Assembly: GCA_051439425.1 (NCBI GenBank)
Contig: JBFRWD010000075.1
Location: 1 to 64,000 of the forward strand
Direction of reading: 5' to 3'
DNA length: 64,000 nucleotides
Origin: Synechococcus sp.
Lineage (GTDB): Bacteria > Cyanobacteriota > Cyanobacteriia > Thermostichales > PCC-7336
In this document: positions 29,516 through 39,300 of the stretch, one piece after another
Numbering within the stretch: the first letter of the stretch is position 1
How the letters are laid out: each line of letters begins with the position of its first letter
Translations under genes and position numbers: made by a program
Notes under the pieces: generated by a model
Databases searched by the model: none
What the model was told of the DNA's origin: nothing
What the model saw: the letters and a program-made list of their open reading frames with translations, nothing else

Positions 29516-29620
29516 TGGTGGACGGGAAGAGATTCGAACTCCTGACCGATAACCCTCGCTCGACGACCTATGAGGTAAAGAGTGAACGAGGGGTTGCTCT
29601 ACCATTTGAGCTACCCGCCC
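29516..29620 (-). ncRNA. Y-RNA-like tRNA mimic, unit C (encoded CCA; G3:U70, A73)
   Basis: GGGCGGG-TA-GCTCAAATGGTAGAGC-A...CCCTCGTTC-ACTCTTT-ACCT-CAT-AGGT-CGTC-GAGCGAGGG-TTATCGGTC-AGGAG-TTCGAAT-CTCTT-CCCGTCC-A-CCA. Confidence 0.88.
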
Positions 29621-29653
29621 ATATTGAGTTTTGAGAATGAGAGGGGATTTGTT

Positions 29654-29756
29654 CGCGAAGCGTCTCCGTCAGGAGATACCCCGCCTTCCAGCTACCGATA
29701 ACCTTCATCCGGCGTCCCTTTCGGGTCAGTGGTGAATAAAGAGGAAGACTCGCCCG
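29654..29756 (-). ncRNA. Y-RNA-like unit B (shared module, no canonical D or T arm)
   Basis: CTTCC...CTTTATTC-ACCACTG-ACCC-GAAA-GGGA-CGCC-GGATGAAG-GTTATCG...GGAAG, then hairpin TCTCC-TGAC-GGAGA; ends approximate. Confidence 0.6.
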
Positions 29757-29765
29757 TATTGAGGT

Positions 29766-29896
29766 TGTAGTGGAGGAGGACTCGAACCTCCAGATGACGC
29801 AGTTCCCTACGATAACCCTCACTCTTCGACCCAATGGGTAAGAAATTGAATAAGGTAACTCGACTGCCGCCTTTACCAATTTGGCCACCCACTACA
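29766..29896 (-). ncRNA. Y-RNA-like tRNA mimic, unit A
   Basis: Acceptor TGTAGTGGG/TCCACTACA, D arm GCCAAATTGGTAAAGGC, stem GCAGT/ACTGC enclosing CCTTATTC-AATTTCTT-ACCC-ATT-GGGT-CGAA-GAGTGAGG-GTTATCG, T arm GGAGG-TTCGAGT-CCTCC. Confidence 0.85.
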
Positions 29897-30040
29897 GGTG
29901 TTTGACTTGATAGTGGTGCGATGAAGTGTGTTTGGCTTGCGCCGCCCGTCCCTCATCGACATCCCAAGACTAAGAGCCACTTGCCCCCCTATTCGAATGC
30001 AGCTCAAAACCCGGCCAACGCAGACTGGATAAGAGATGGG

Positions 30041-30080
30041 AGTTAGGGGGGAGGTGTGAAGTTGGGGGGCCCCCCTAACT
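30041..30080. terminator. Inverted repeat AGTTAGGGGGG/CCCCCCTAACT just after the diguanylate cyclase stop
   Basis: 11-bp perfect arms; would separate the DGC transcript from the ncRNA array. Confidence 0.5.
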
Positions 30081-30083
30081 TTG

Positions 30084-33000
30084 TTAGTGGAATTGCTGTT
30101 GGGATATTGGAGACTGAGCGACTCGATCTTGCGGGCGGGCAAATCGGTGCTTGGTGCGATCGTAGATTTCGTAGCGATTGCGGCCGCCTGTTTTTGCTGC
30201 GTACATGGCGGCATCTGCGTCGCGCAAAATCTCGGCTGGCGAGTTATACCTCGGATTACCGAGCGCTATGCCAATGCTGGTGCTGGTGGAAAGTTGGCGA
30301 TCGCCAATCACGACGGGTTGCATCACTGCCGTGAGAATGCGCTCGGCGGTTTGCTGGATGCCGACAGTACTCTCCAAGTCATCCAGCAAAATTGTAAACT
30401 CGTCTCCCCCCAACCGAGAGACTGTATCCCCCGTGCGTACGCACTGCTGCAAGCGCTGAGCAATGGTGCGCAACAGCCGGTCTCCTGCGGCGTGACCGAG
30501 GGTATCGTTCACCGATTTAAATCGATCCAGGTCGAGGAACAGAACGGCGTATTGTTCGCTGAGACGGCGTTTGCTCCGTTCGATCGCCTGTCCCAGCCGA
30601 TCGTTAAAGAGCGATCGATTGGGCAATCCGGTTAAGGGATCGTGGAAGGCGTGGAACCGTAGCTCTTGCTCCATCACCTTGCGAGTTGTGATGTCTTCCA
30701 CCGTGCCGACATAGTACAAAAGCTGACCGGAACTATCCTGCACAGCCCGCCAATTTTCACTCACCCAAAATGTGTTGCCGTCGCGGTGGCGCACCTCAGA
30801 TTCGTAAGCTTCCACTGCAAAATCTGTTGCCAATTGCTGCAGCAATTGCTGGCGCTGTTGAGAGTCAACGTAGAGCAGCTGGTGAACGTTTGCCACCGAT
30901 GCCATCATTTGGGCTGGACTTTCGTAGCCGTACATGGCGGCCAGTGCAGGATTTGCCCCGATCAACTGCCCGTCTGGGGCGACTTGGAAGATTCCCTCTA
31001 GTGCTTGCTCGAAAATGCTGCGATATTTGGCTTCTGCTTGTTGCAGGGCGTCCTGGGCCTGCTGTCGCTCGGTGATGTCGTTGCCCACGTACAGTACGCA
31101 CAACTCACCGGACAATTCAATCAAATTCGCTGACAGCAATAGAGTGCGGGTATTGCCAGAATGTTGCTTGAACTCCACCTCCAGATTGCGGACAACACCA
31201 TCTGTTTTCAGCCGTCTAAAAATCTCCCTTCGGGTCAGATCGCGGTGCCACAAGCCCAATTCTTTAGCGGTGCGCCCGATCGCCGCCTCCCGCTCTAATT
31301 TGCAGATGCTGAGGAAGCTGTCGTTAACCTCCAACAATTTGCCGGAGCGTACTGCCACAATGGCCACCGGACTGGAGCTGGATTTAAAGGCGGCGGCGAA
31401 CTTTTCTTCCGATTGTCGTAGGGCTATTTCCGCATGCTTGCGCTCGGTGGTATCGCGAGCGACTAACAGGGCTGTGGTGGCTCCAGCAGGTGAAATTCGT
31501 CCGGAAAAGCATCTCTTTTGCCCGTTAATCTCCAACTGGTATTCCAGATCGGTGGTTTCGTTGCGATCGATCGCGGCTTGAATCGCCGTCAAACAGCGAT
31601 TGCTATCATCGTCACTAATCAGATGTTGGAGGTGAATGCGCAATAGCTCTTCGGAAGGGGAGATGGGAGAGGAGGGATCGCTGGAGGTGATGTGGGTGTA
31701 GCGACCGACGCGATCGAACATCAGAATCACTTCGGTCATGGCGGAGAACACCACCCGCATGTGTCGTTCGGCGGCTTCCAGAGTAGCGGTGCGCTGCTGT
31801 ACCCGATGCTCTAGTTCTACGTTGGTGGTGGCGAGGCGATCGATCGTGCCGCGCAATTGTGTGGCCAGTCCTTTGACAGAGGTGGAGAGAATTTCAAGCT
31901 CCGAGATCGTGCTGTGGGGAACAGCTAAGTCCAAAGCATTTGGGCCACCGGCCGCCATTTTTCGCGCCACCGAGCTGAGTTCGTGGATGGAGCGAGCCAT
32001 CCACCGGGCCGTCGCATTGCCGAACACGATGGCTAGTAACAGGGCGACTAAATACAGTGCTAGGGTGTCCCGCATGCTGCGACTGAGAGTACCGATTAGA
32101 TCGGAGCTGGGGATGGCCACGATCATGAGCCAATCCAATCCCAGATCTCCTTTCATGGAGTCAACCTGAACGTAATAGGTTTCTCCGGCTGGGTCGCGAA
32201 CCAATCCTTGAAAGGCGTCAACGGCTGCGTAGCTGCCAAATTCGTTGAGGAGGTGTTGCTCCACCGCTTGCATGTAGCTGTTGCTGCTGTCCGATACTGT
32301 GAACGGAGTTGGGGTTTCGCCCTCCGCGATCTGAGGAAACGTGTCTGCTTGGGAGCTGGCGACCACCGAGCCGCTGCGCTCTAGGATGATGGCCTCGCCC
32401 CGCTCGCCAATTTGCAATTCAGTTAGGAAGTCATCCAGTTGCGACAGAGTGATGTCCACCGCCAGGACCCCATCAAGTTGATTGTTGCTGTCGCGGATGG
32501 GGATAGTGGGGGTAACGCCTCGCACCGGCTGGGCCGCAAAGTAGTAGATCGGAGACCAGGTGGGGCCGTTACTTTCCCTGGCAGACTCGTACCATGGCCG
32601 GATTCGCGGATCGTAACTATCCGTTCTCAGAAGAGTTTCTGGCTCGCCGTTGCTATCTAACTGATAAATTTCGCGGGTGGGGGCGATGTCGGATGTGACG
32701 CGGTAGGAGAGGGGCTCGTCTTCACTTTGAGTGACGAGTATAAACTGGCCGGATTCATCACCGTAGTACATCGTACGGACAGATTCTTCTAACCGTACGA
32801 CTTGATAGAAGTAGCGTTGTAGGTCCTCGAAATTACTGGGATCGATTTGGCCGGTGGAGATGGCCGCTTGCGTGATTTGCAAAAAGGTGTGGGGCTGCTT
32901 GGCAAAATCAATCAGGTGATGTTCGATATGTTCGGTTGCTTCGGAACTCAGCTCGAAGGCGAGCGATCGCACGGCTCGCTGGCCGTTATAGAACGATAGG

Positions 33001-33113
33001 GCACCGGTAAAACCAGTGACCAGGACGATTTGTAGCAGGAAGGGTGCTACCAGCGCTTGCTGGAGAGAGAGCCTGGACAACCTACGTTTGATGGGATGGT
33101 CGTTCGCCATCAT
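30084..33113 (-). CDS. Membrane diguanylate cyclase: TM-Cache-TM-HAMP-PAS x3-GGDEF
   Basis: YDPRIRPWY and WSPIY (Cache), PAS ends DTTERK/DITERQ/DITTRK, HDPLTGLPNR, DLDRFKSVNDTLGHAAGD, RTGD I-site, SRLGGDEF. Confidence 0.92.
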   Translation of the reverse strand: MMANDHPIKRRLSRLSLQQALVAPFLLQIVLVTGFTGALSFYNGQRAVRSLAFELSSEATEHIEHHLIDFAKQPHTFLQITQAAISTGQIDPSNFEDLQRYFYQVVRLEESVRTMYYGDESGQFILVTQSEDEPLSYRVTSDIAPTREIYQLDSNGEPETLLRTDSYDPRIRPWYESARESNGPTWSPIYYFAAQPVRGVTPTIPIRDSNNQLDGVLAVDITLSQLDDFLTELQIGERGEAIILERSGSVVASSQADTFPQIAEGETPTPFTVSDSSNSYMQAVEQHLLNEFGSYAAVDAFQGLVRDPAGETYYVQVDSMKGDLGLDWLMIVAIPSSDLIGTLSRSMRDTLALYLVALLLAIVFGNATARWMARSIHELSSVARKMAAGGPNALDLAVPHSTISELEILSTSVKGLATQLRGTIDRLATTNVELEHRVQQRTATLEAAERHMRVVFSAMTEVILMFDRVGRYTHITSSDPSSPISPSEELLRIHLQHLISDDDSNRCLTAIQAAIDRNETTDLEYQLEINGQKRCFSGRISPAGATTALLVARDTTERKHAEIALRQSEEKFAAAFKSSSSPVAIVAVRSGKLLEVNDSFLSICKLEREAAIGRTAKELGLWHRDLTRREIFRRLKTDGVVRNLEVEFKQHSGNTRTLLLSANLIELSGELCVLYVGNDITERQQAQDALQQAEAKYRSIFEQALEGIFQVAPDGQLIGANPALAAMYGYESPAQMMASVANVHQLLYVDSQQRQQLLQQLATDFAVEAYESEVRHRDGNTFWVSENWRAVQDSSGQLLYYVGTVEDITTRKVMEQELRFHAFHDPLTGLPNRSLFNDRLGQAIERSKRRLSEQYAVLFLDLDRFKSVNDTLGHAAGDRLLRTIAQRLQQCVRTGDTVSRLGGDEFTILLDDLESTVGIQQTAERILTAVMQPVVIGDRQLSTSTSIGIALGNPRYNSPAEILRDADAAMYAAKTGGRNRYEIYDRTKHRFARPQDRVAQSPISQQQFH

Positions 33114-33440
33114 GGAGTTCGAATGGTGAGGTAGAGACAGTTAATCCCCTTGGGGAAAATCGGAAGGTTCAACGAATGAGACTGATAATCATTTGCAAAT
33201 GCACCTGCGTCCACATGTAATCGGTGAAATCGAGTCAACCGAGCCCAATAGTAGAAGTCTAATGACTAGCCAGCGCACCAGACCTGCTGGAAACATCTGT
33301 TCCGTGTTGGCCTTGGTTTATCACCTGTCGCGATACGACCTGGAAAACCTCCGGATGGATAACTAACCTGCAAGTCAGCGATCGAGAAAAAGACGCCAAG
33401 AACACGTATCTGACTGAAGACCGAAGCCCATCCCTACTCC

Positions 33441-34184
33441 TCATACTAAATACGGCAACATAAAATCCAATGTCTGTTGCTTGAGGTAGTGATGGGCTAC
33501 AGCCAGTTCACCAAACCGGATGGAGCAAATTCGTTGAGTCGATAAAACCCTAGAGATCTGCTCTTCTGTGAGCAACTTGGCTGCTTTGAAATACTGACCA
33601 ATTGGTTGACGTTCGACTTCTGCGGCGATTTGATACAGAGTTTCTGCAAAAAAGTCAGCTGTGCCCTGGTCGATCCAACCTCTTAAGGCCAGGATTTCAC
33701 CGAATTTGAGATCGGTGCGATCCCGAGCATCCCTCAAGGCTACTTCCACATGGTGAGCGTTAATCAACCCCGCACGAACCAAGCTTTCTCCTAGTAATAA
33801 CTTATCCGGTTGCAGTTGCGCGCGCGCTGATGCAGAGGCCGGTTGGGGGGCAATGTAAACGGGGAGGGTATCCGACTGGTCAGAATTTGACTGCAACCTG
33901 CGGGTCATATGGGAACCTCGTTCGCTTGCATGAGAGCAAGATTGAGTCCGAAGATCACTAGATGCCTGCAAAGAAGCATCCCACTGCTTGAGTACGGTTT
34001 TAGCAATGAAGGGGCTGATACCCTCCACTTTGTTTAGGCGTCGTTTGGCAACCTTATATCTGATGGTGTGGGGAATGTCCGTTCGCGTTTTGTAGAAGGT
34101 TTCAATTTCGCCGAGGGGATCTCTGATTGTCTCACACCAATCAGAACGCCTCGATGATAGGAACCAGGAGAAGAGTGACAACAT
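33441..34184 (-). CDS. Hypothetical protein with C-terminal tandem MshEN-like motifs
   Basis: LLGESLVRAGLINAHHVEVALRD, KFGEILALRGWI, PIGQYFKAAKLLTEEQISRVLSTQ, RFGELAV. Confidence 0.65.
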   Translation of the reverse strand: MLSLFSWFLSSRRSDWCETIRDPLGEIETFYKTRTDIPHTIRYKVAKRRLNKVEGISPFIAKTVLKQWDASLQASSDLRTQSCSHASERGSHMTRRLQSNSDQSDTLPVYIAPQPASASARAQLQPDKLLLGESLVRAGLINAHHVEVALRDARDRTDLKFGEILALRGWIDQGTADFFAETLYQIAAEVERQPIGQYFKAAKLLTEEQISRVLSTQRICSIRFGELAVAHHYLKQQTLDFMLPYLV

Positions 34185-34459
34185 GTTCCTTCAGCTCGAA
34201 AAGCCTTCAGGCGACACCTCACACACACTTACACCATATGAAATTTATTTTTTGGATGCCTGTTAATATTCATTGAGTTACCGCTATTCGTTGTCATGAA
34301 TGACGGTCGCGATTGTGGTTCTCCGTCCAAGATCGACGAGAATGCCGATGAAATTGTTTGATAAGACACTGGCTTTGAAACAGGCTTATATTGTTCTGTT
34401 GTAGTCAAGTCTTCAAAAAATAGGTATTCACCTGCAATTCTTGCGAGTGGAGATGAGAA

Positions 34460-35413
34460 CTAGCTGACCAAATATGCGTGCAAGCCGTGCTGTTGCTGGC
34501 GTAACTTTTTGAGGGCTGCCCGTTCGATCTGGCGGACGCGTTCGGGGCTGAGGTCGAGGATGGCGGCGATTTTTCTTAGGGTGAGGCCTTTGCTGCCGCT
34601 ATCGAGGCCGTAGCGCAAGGAGAGAACCGTTTGCTCGTTGGGGTTGAGCTTGTCCATCAGGGCGGTGATGTCGGCTTTGAGGCTGCGCTGCAGCACGTAG
34701 TCTTCGGCGGAAGTACGGGTGTCTTCTAGCAGGTCGCCGAGTTCGGTGTCGCCGCTGTCGCCAACGCGCACATCTAAGGAAATGGGCAGGCGGGAGTAAC
34801 GTAGGTAGCTACGGACGTCTTCGGGCTTGAGTTTGGTCTCGGCTGCTAGTTCTTCGACATTGGCGGCGCGGCCCAGCTTCTGGCCCAGTGTACGCTGGGC
34901 TTTTTTGAGCTTGTTGAGCTTCTCGACGATGTGGACGGGGAGGCGGATGGTGCGGCTGGTTTGGGAAATGGAGCGGGTAATGGCTTGGCGAATCCACCAG
35001 TAGGCGTAGGTGGAGAAACGGTAGCCTTTGCCGGGATCGAATTTTTCGACACCCCGTTGCAGGCCGATATTGCCTTCTTGGATCAGGTCGAGGAAATCGA
35101 CACCGCGATTCAGATATTTTTTCGCGACAGAGACCACCAGGCGCAGGTTGGCTTCTACCATGCGGTTTTTGGCGCGATCGCCCCGCTTAAGTGTTTGCTT
35201 GAGCTCGAGAACTTCCATACCCGCTTTAGTAGCCCACTCTGAATGGGTGGGTTGGCGATCGAGGGTGTCTGCTAGCTCAGCTTTTAGTGCTTCCAACTGC
35301 ATGAGCTGCTGGACTTGATTGCCGTATTGGATTTCTTGTTCGTGGGTCAGCATGGGGATGCGGCCCATGGCTTGGAGGTAGTCTCTGACGGTATCTGCTT
35401 TGAGGGGTTTCAT
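34460..35413 (-). CDS. Group-2 sigma-70 factor (SigB/SigD-like)
   Basis: DTVRDYL..MGRIPMLTHEQEI, ANLRLVVSVAKKY, DLIQEGNIGL, FSTYAYWWIRQ, RTIRLP, ERVRQIE; no region 1.1. Confidence 0.92.
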   Translation of the reverse strand: MKPLKADTVRDYLQAMGRIPMLTHEQEIQYGNQVQQLMQLEALKAELADTLDRQPTHSEWATKAGMEVLELKQTLKRGDRAKNRMVEANLRLVVSVAKKYLNRGVDFLDLIQEGNIGLQRGVEKFDPGKGYRFSTYAYWWIRQAITRSISQTSRTIRLPVHIVEKLNKLKKAQRTLGQKLGRAANVEELAAETKLKPEDVRSYLRYSRLPISLDVRVGDSGDTELGDLLEDTRTSAEDYVLQRSLKADITALMDKLNPNEQTVLSLRYGLDSGSKGLTLRKIAAILDLSPERVRQIERAALKKLRQQQHGLHAYLVS

Positions 35414-35578
35414 GTGAAGACTTGAAAAGAGGGTTGAGGGAGCAGCGAAACCGAAATCGCAATGTTAATGAAAGGGTATTATGTGATGCCGATGTTACCG
35501 AATGTTGGGAGTGCTTGTTGTATCGGTTGTGGCGGGTTTGTAGTAACTAATACCCAAGAATGTGTTTGAGGACCTCCT

Positions 35579-36235
35579 TCAAACGAGAGGCTCTAGGGTG
35601 GCGGCGATGACTTGGTGGTCGGGATCTTTGCGCAGGGTGGCGAGGGAGGCTTTGGCGGCTGGGGTATCGAAGTGGGCTAGGGAACGGGCAGCGTTGGCGC
35701 GGGTTTCGGCATCCTTCGATTCTGCTGCTTGGAGAAGGATAGTTTGGGCGCTTTCCTCGTATTGTGTGCCGCTGAGGCGTTTGAGGGATTGGTAGGCAAT
35801 TTGTCGAACGACGGGGTCGGGGTCTTGGGTGCCGGTGCGGCAGAGTCTGGAGAGAACGTCTAGGTTATCGAAGTCTTCGAGGGCGGCGAAGATGCTTTGG
35901 CGGACGAGCCAGTGGGGATGTTGATTAAAGATGATTTCGAGGTGGGGGAGGGATCGCTCTCCGAATTTGGCGAGGGCGTTGGCGGCTTCGGCGATGACGT
36001 TGCTGTCGGTTTCGCGGGCAACGATTTCTAGGAGGGCTTCGTAGCCTTCTTCGGGTTGCGTGTGGCCGAGGCCCATGGCGACGCAGGAGCGGATGAGGAA
36101 TTCTTTGTCGTACATCCGTTTGACGAGCAGGGGGACGGCGTCTTCGGGCTCGTGGTGGCGCAGTTCGGTGATGCCTTTCATGCGCTGCTGGGGATCGGAG
36201 CTGTCGAGGAGGGTGGCGATTTGCTGCAAGTACAT
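35579..36235 (-). CDS. HEAT-repeat (PBS lyase-like) protein
   Basis: Repeated D...V(R/I)..AA..L HEAT units. Confidence 0.85.
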   Translation of the reverse strand: MYLQQIATLLDSSDPQQRMKGITELRHHEPEDAVPLLVKRMYDKEFLIRSCVAMGLGHTQPEEGYEALLEIVARETDSNVIAEAANALAKFGERSLPHLEIIFNQHPHWLVRQSIFAALEDFDNLDVLSRLCRTGTQDPDPVVRQIAYQSLKRLSGTQYEESAQTILLQAAESKDAETRANAARSLAHFDTPAAKASLATLRKDPDHQVIAATLEPLV

Positions 36236-36361
36236 GAGGAGTGATGGCTAGTTCACTCATTTATTTTACATAAGTTTACATAAATAGGCCAATCAGTAAT
36301 TTTGATGGATGTATTGCTGGGGTTGGGGAATTGCTGTTGGCGATGAGTCTTGAGGGGGAGT

Positions 36362-39300
36362 TTATGAGCTGTGATCTATTGCTCCGAGGGATAGTAGGTT
36401 ATCTCGTTGGGCGTCGGTGAGACCTTTTACTGCGGTTATGTTGGCTCCAGCGCAGGGGCGATGGTCAATTGTCGAGACGCAGGCTCCAGTACGCAAATCC
36501 CAAAGCTTTACAGTCTCATCGAGACTGCAACTCGCTAGGATGCCGCTAGAGGCATCGAAACAGAGTTCACGAACGCCGCCTGAATGCCCTGTCAACGAAT
36601 CAATATGCCTTCCGTCGACTATGTTCCATAGCTTTATGGTCTTGTCATTGCTGGCAGTCGCTATTACGTTGTTGCCAACAAAACAAATCGAATTTACATA
36701 GCTACTATGGCCGTGAATGTGTCTTTCAAAAAGAATGTGCTGGTCAGGATTTGGCCTGATGCTCCATATTTTTATTGAGTTGTCTTCGCTGCCTGTTGCG
36801 ATCAAACCTCCCTCTCTAGAGAAAGCTAGACAAGAAACTCTTTGATCGTGAATGTCAGAAACAATTAAAGGCTTTAATTCTGTTCTCAAAAACCTCAACA
36901 CCAATTTCTTGTCTTCCCCTACGCTGGCTAATATTCGGCTGCAAGGACTAAATACAACTGCTCTAACTGTTTTGTCATGCTCTTTAAATGTTTCAACGCA
37001 TTTCCAAGTGTCTATATCCCAGAGTTTGACTGACTTGTCGTTGCTTCCACTTGCTAGATAGTTTCCATCTGAACTGAAAGCAACGCTTCTAATCCAGTTG
37101 GAATGCTCATCTAAAGATATTTCTTTTTTACCCGTTTCTACATTCCAGATGGTGATGTCTCCTCCATCACATCCGCTGGCTAATAACACTGAATTTGGAT
37201 GAAAATCAGTGGTTCTCACCGATCCTTGATGGCCGGTAAAAGACTTAATGCATTGGCCAGTATTTATATCCCAATATCTAATTACTTTGTCTTCTGTCGC
37301 ACTTACAAATCTATTTTTCCTAAAGGCAATCGACCATACCCAGCTTGTGTGTCCCTGGAGAGTAGTGTGACAGGTCAAAGAATTCAAATCACATACCTTG
37401 ACGGATTTATCTTCACTGCCACTAGCAAGAAGAGAGTTGCTCGGATTGAGAGCAACAGACCTTACCCAGTTATTGTGTTTGAGAAGAGTTTGCTCGCACC
37501 TATTCAGCTCTACATCCCACTTTCTAACCGTTCTGTCTTCACTCCCACTTATAATGTATTTCCCATCTGAACTAATTGTAATTGACCAAATAGGCATGGA
37601 GTGTCCAATGAGCAGTGAAGTGCATTCCCAATTATCGATATTCCATACTCTTATTGATGTATCTTCGCCTCCACTGGCGAGAATTCTTCTTCTTGGCGAG
37701 TATGCAAGTGCTAGGATTGAACCCGAATGCTCTCTTAAGGTTTTCTTGCATTCACAACGGCTTAAATCCCAGATTTTAATTGTTCCATCTTGACTTCCAC
37801 TAGCCAAATACTGACCATCTGCGATAAATGCAACCGATCTAACAGGATGTTCATGTCCATTTAGAAGAGTTATGTTGTCCCAGTTGCTAACGTCCCACAA
37901 ACGAATTCTCCCATCATCTCCACTGCTTGCTAATTGTTGTCCGTCTGGACTAAATGAGAGCGCCCTAATTGTTCCCTGATGTCTACTTAATTTCTTTAAA
38001 CATTCCCCAGTATAGGCATCCCATATTCTTATGTCGTGGTCGTAGCTACCGCTTGCCAGCAACTGCTGTTTTTCTGGGGAGAATGCAATTGTTCGAACCC
38101 AGTCTTCATGGCCTTTTAGCACTGTTTCTTGCACTATGCCAGATATATCTGTTTCTTCTTCGATTTTCCACAGACAGATCTCGTCCCCTTCTGCAGTTGC
38201 GAGTAGGCTACCATCACAATTAAATTCAACTTTGATCACTGGAGCAGAAAATTTTCCGACGTTACAGTCCTGAATCGTGGCACCGTGAAAGTTCACATCA
38301 CGTAAGCTTGCATCTGTAAAATCTGCTTTCACGATAAGGCAGTTACTTAAATTCTTTCCCTCAAGTACATAAGGATCTAACTTGACTAAAAGATTGACCG
38401 CATTACCTCCTGAATATTGACCTATATTCGGTTTCTCAACCTTGGTTTCATTCAAGATGGATAGCAACTTAGATTTGATATTCTTGTCAGAAGTTACCAT
38501 TGGGATAACTAAATCAAAGACTGCTTGAGTTAAAGGAATTGTGCCTAGAGACCTGTGGAGTAACTCCATATTCTCTAGGATGAATGTTTTCAATGGAGGG
38601 ATTGATAAAACTTTACTTTCAGAATCCACTTGTCTCTGGAAGTAAGCAGACCACCTGTAATCAATTTCTTTCAAATTTTTGTTTATGTATGACTGTGATT
38701 TAGAGATATCCAACAAATCACCATTCAGTGCACCGAGTAAAGCCGCCAATCTATATGCAACAAAAAACTCAAGAAGAGATCGGTGGCCAGGCATATAGTC
38801 ACCGGATGCGTTCCGAATTAGCATTGAATTTCCGGCCATATCATAACGCCAGTAATCTAGTTCCTTTGGTTTCACCAATATTGGGCCAAATAGGTTTAGT
38901 AGTCGTTCTGGAAACTCCCTGTAGTTCAAGCTCAAACGATTTGTGGAAAGCATTTCCCAAGCTACTTCACACAAGAAAAATAACTTATCAGGCAAGGAAG
39001 TGAAGGTTCTTTTTGTGGCAATATCTCGTTCCATTTTCCGTCGTGTTGCATACAAGTAAACACGAGTAATATCAACAATCTTTCCTGCCTCAATTTCTGG
39101 CAATGCTTCTAGCACTAATTCCACCATTACCGGCCTTCGTAACAAGTCCAGCAGTTGTTCATTTCTCATTATCTCGCTGATGTATTGTGATTTAGTTCGT
39201 TTGTCCAATACATTTCTGATCTGATCATCATCAAATTTTAATAGTTCCAGTACCTCGAAATATGGTGGATCTTGGCGATCCATCTCAAATGAAGGATCTA

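Noticed and set aside
29304..29892. Short ORFs overlapping the ncRNA array, and the rsr extension to 29407
   Set aside because: They are better explained as incidental translation of structured RNA; rsr has an RBS before ATG 29314
29369..29896. Ordinary tRNA genes, intron-containing tRNAs or a prophage att site
   Set aside because: No unit has a normal 5-bp stem with 7-nt anticodon loop; the inserts are too short for group I introns and share a conserved module; no integrase is nearby
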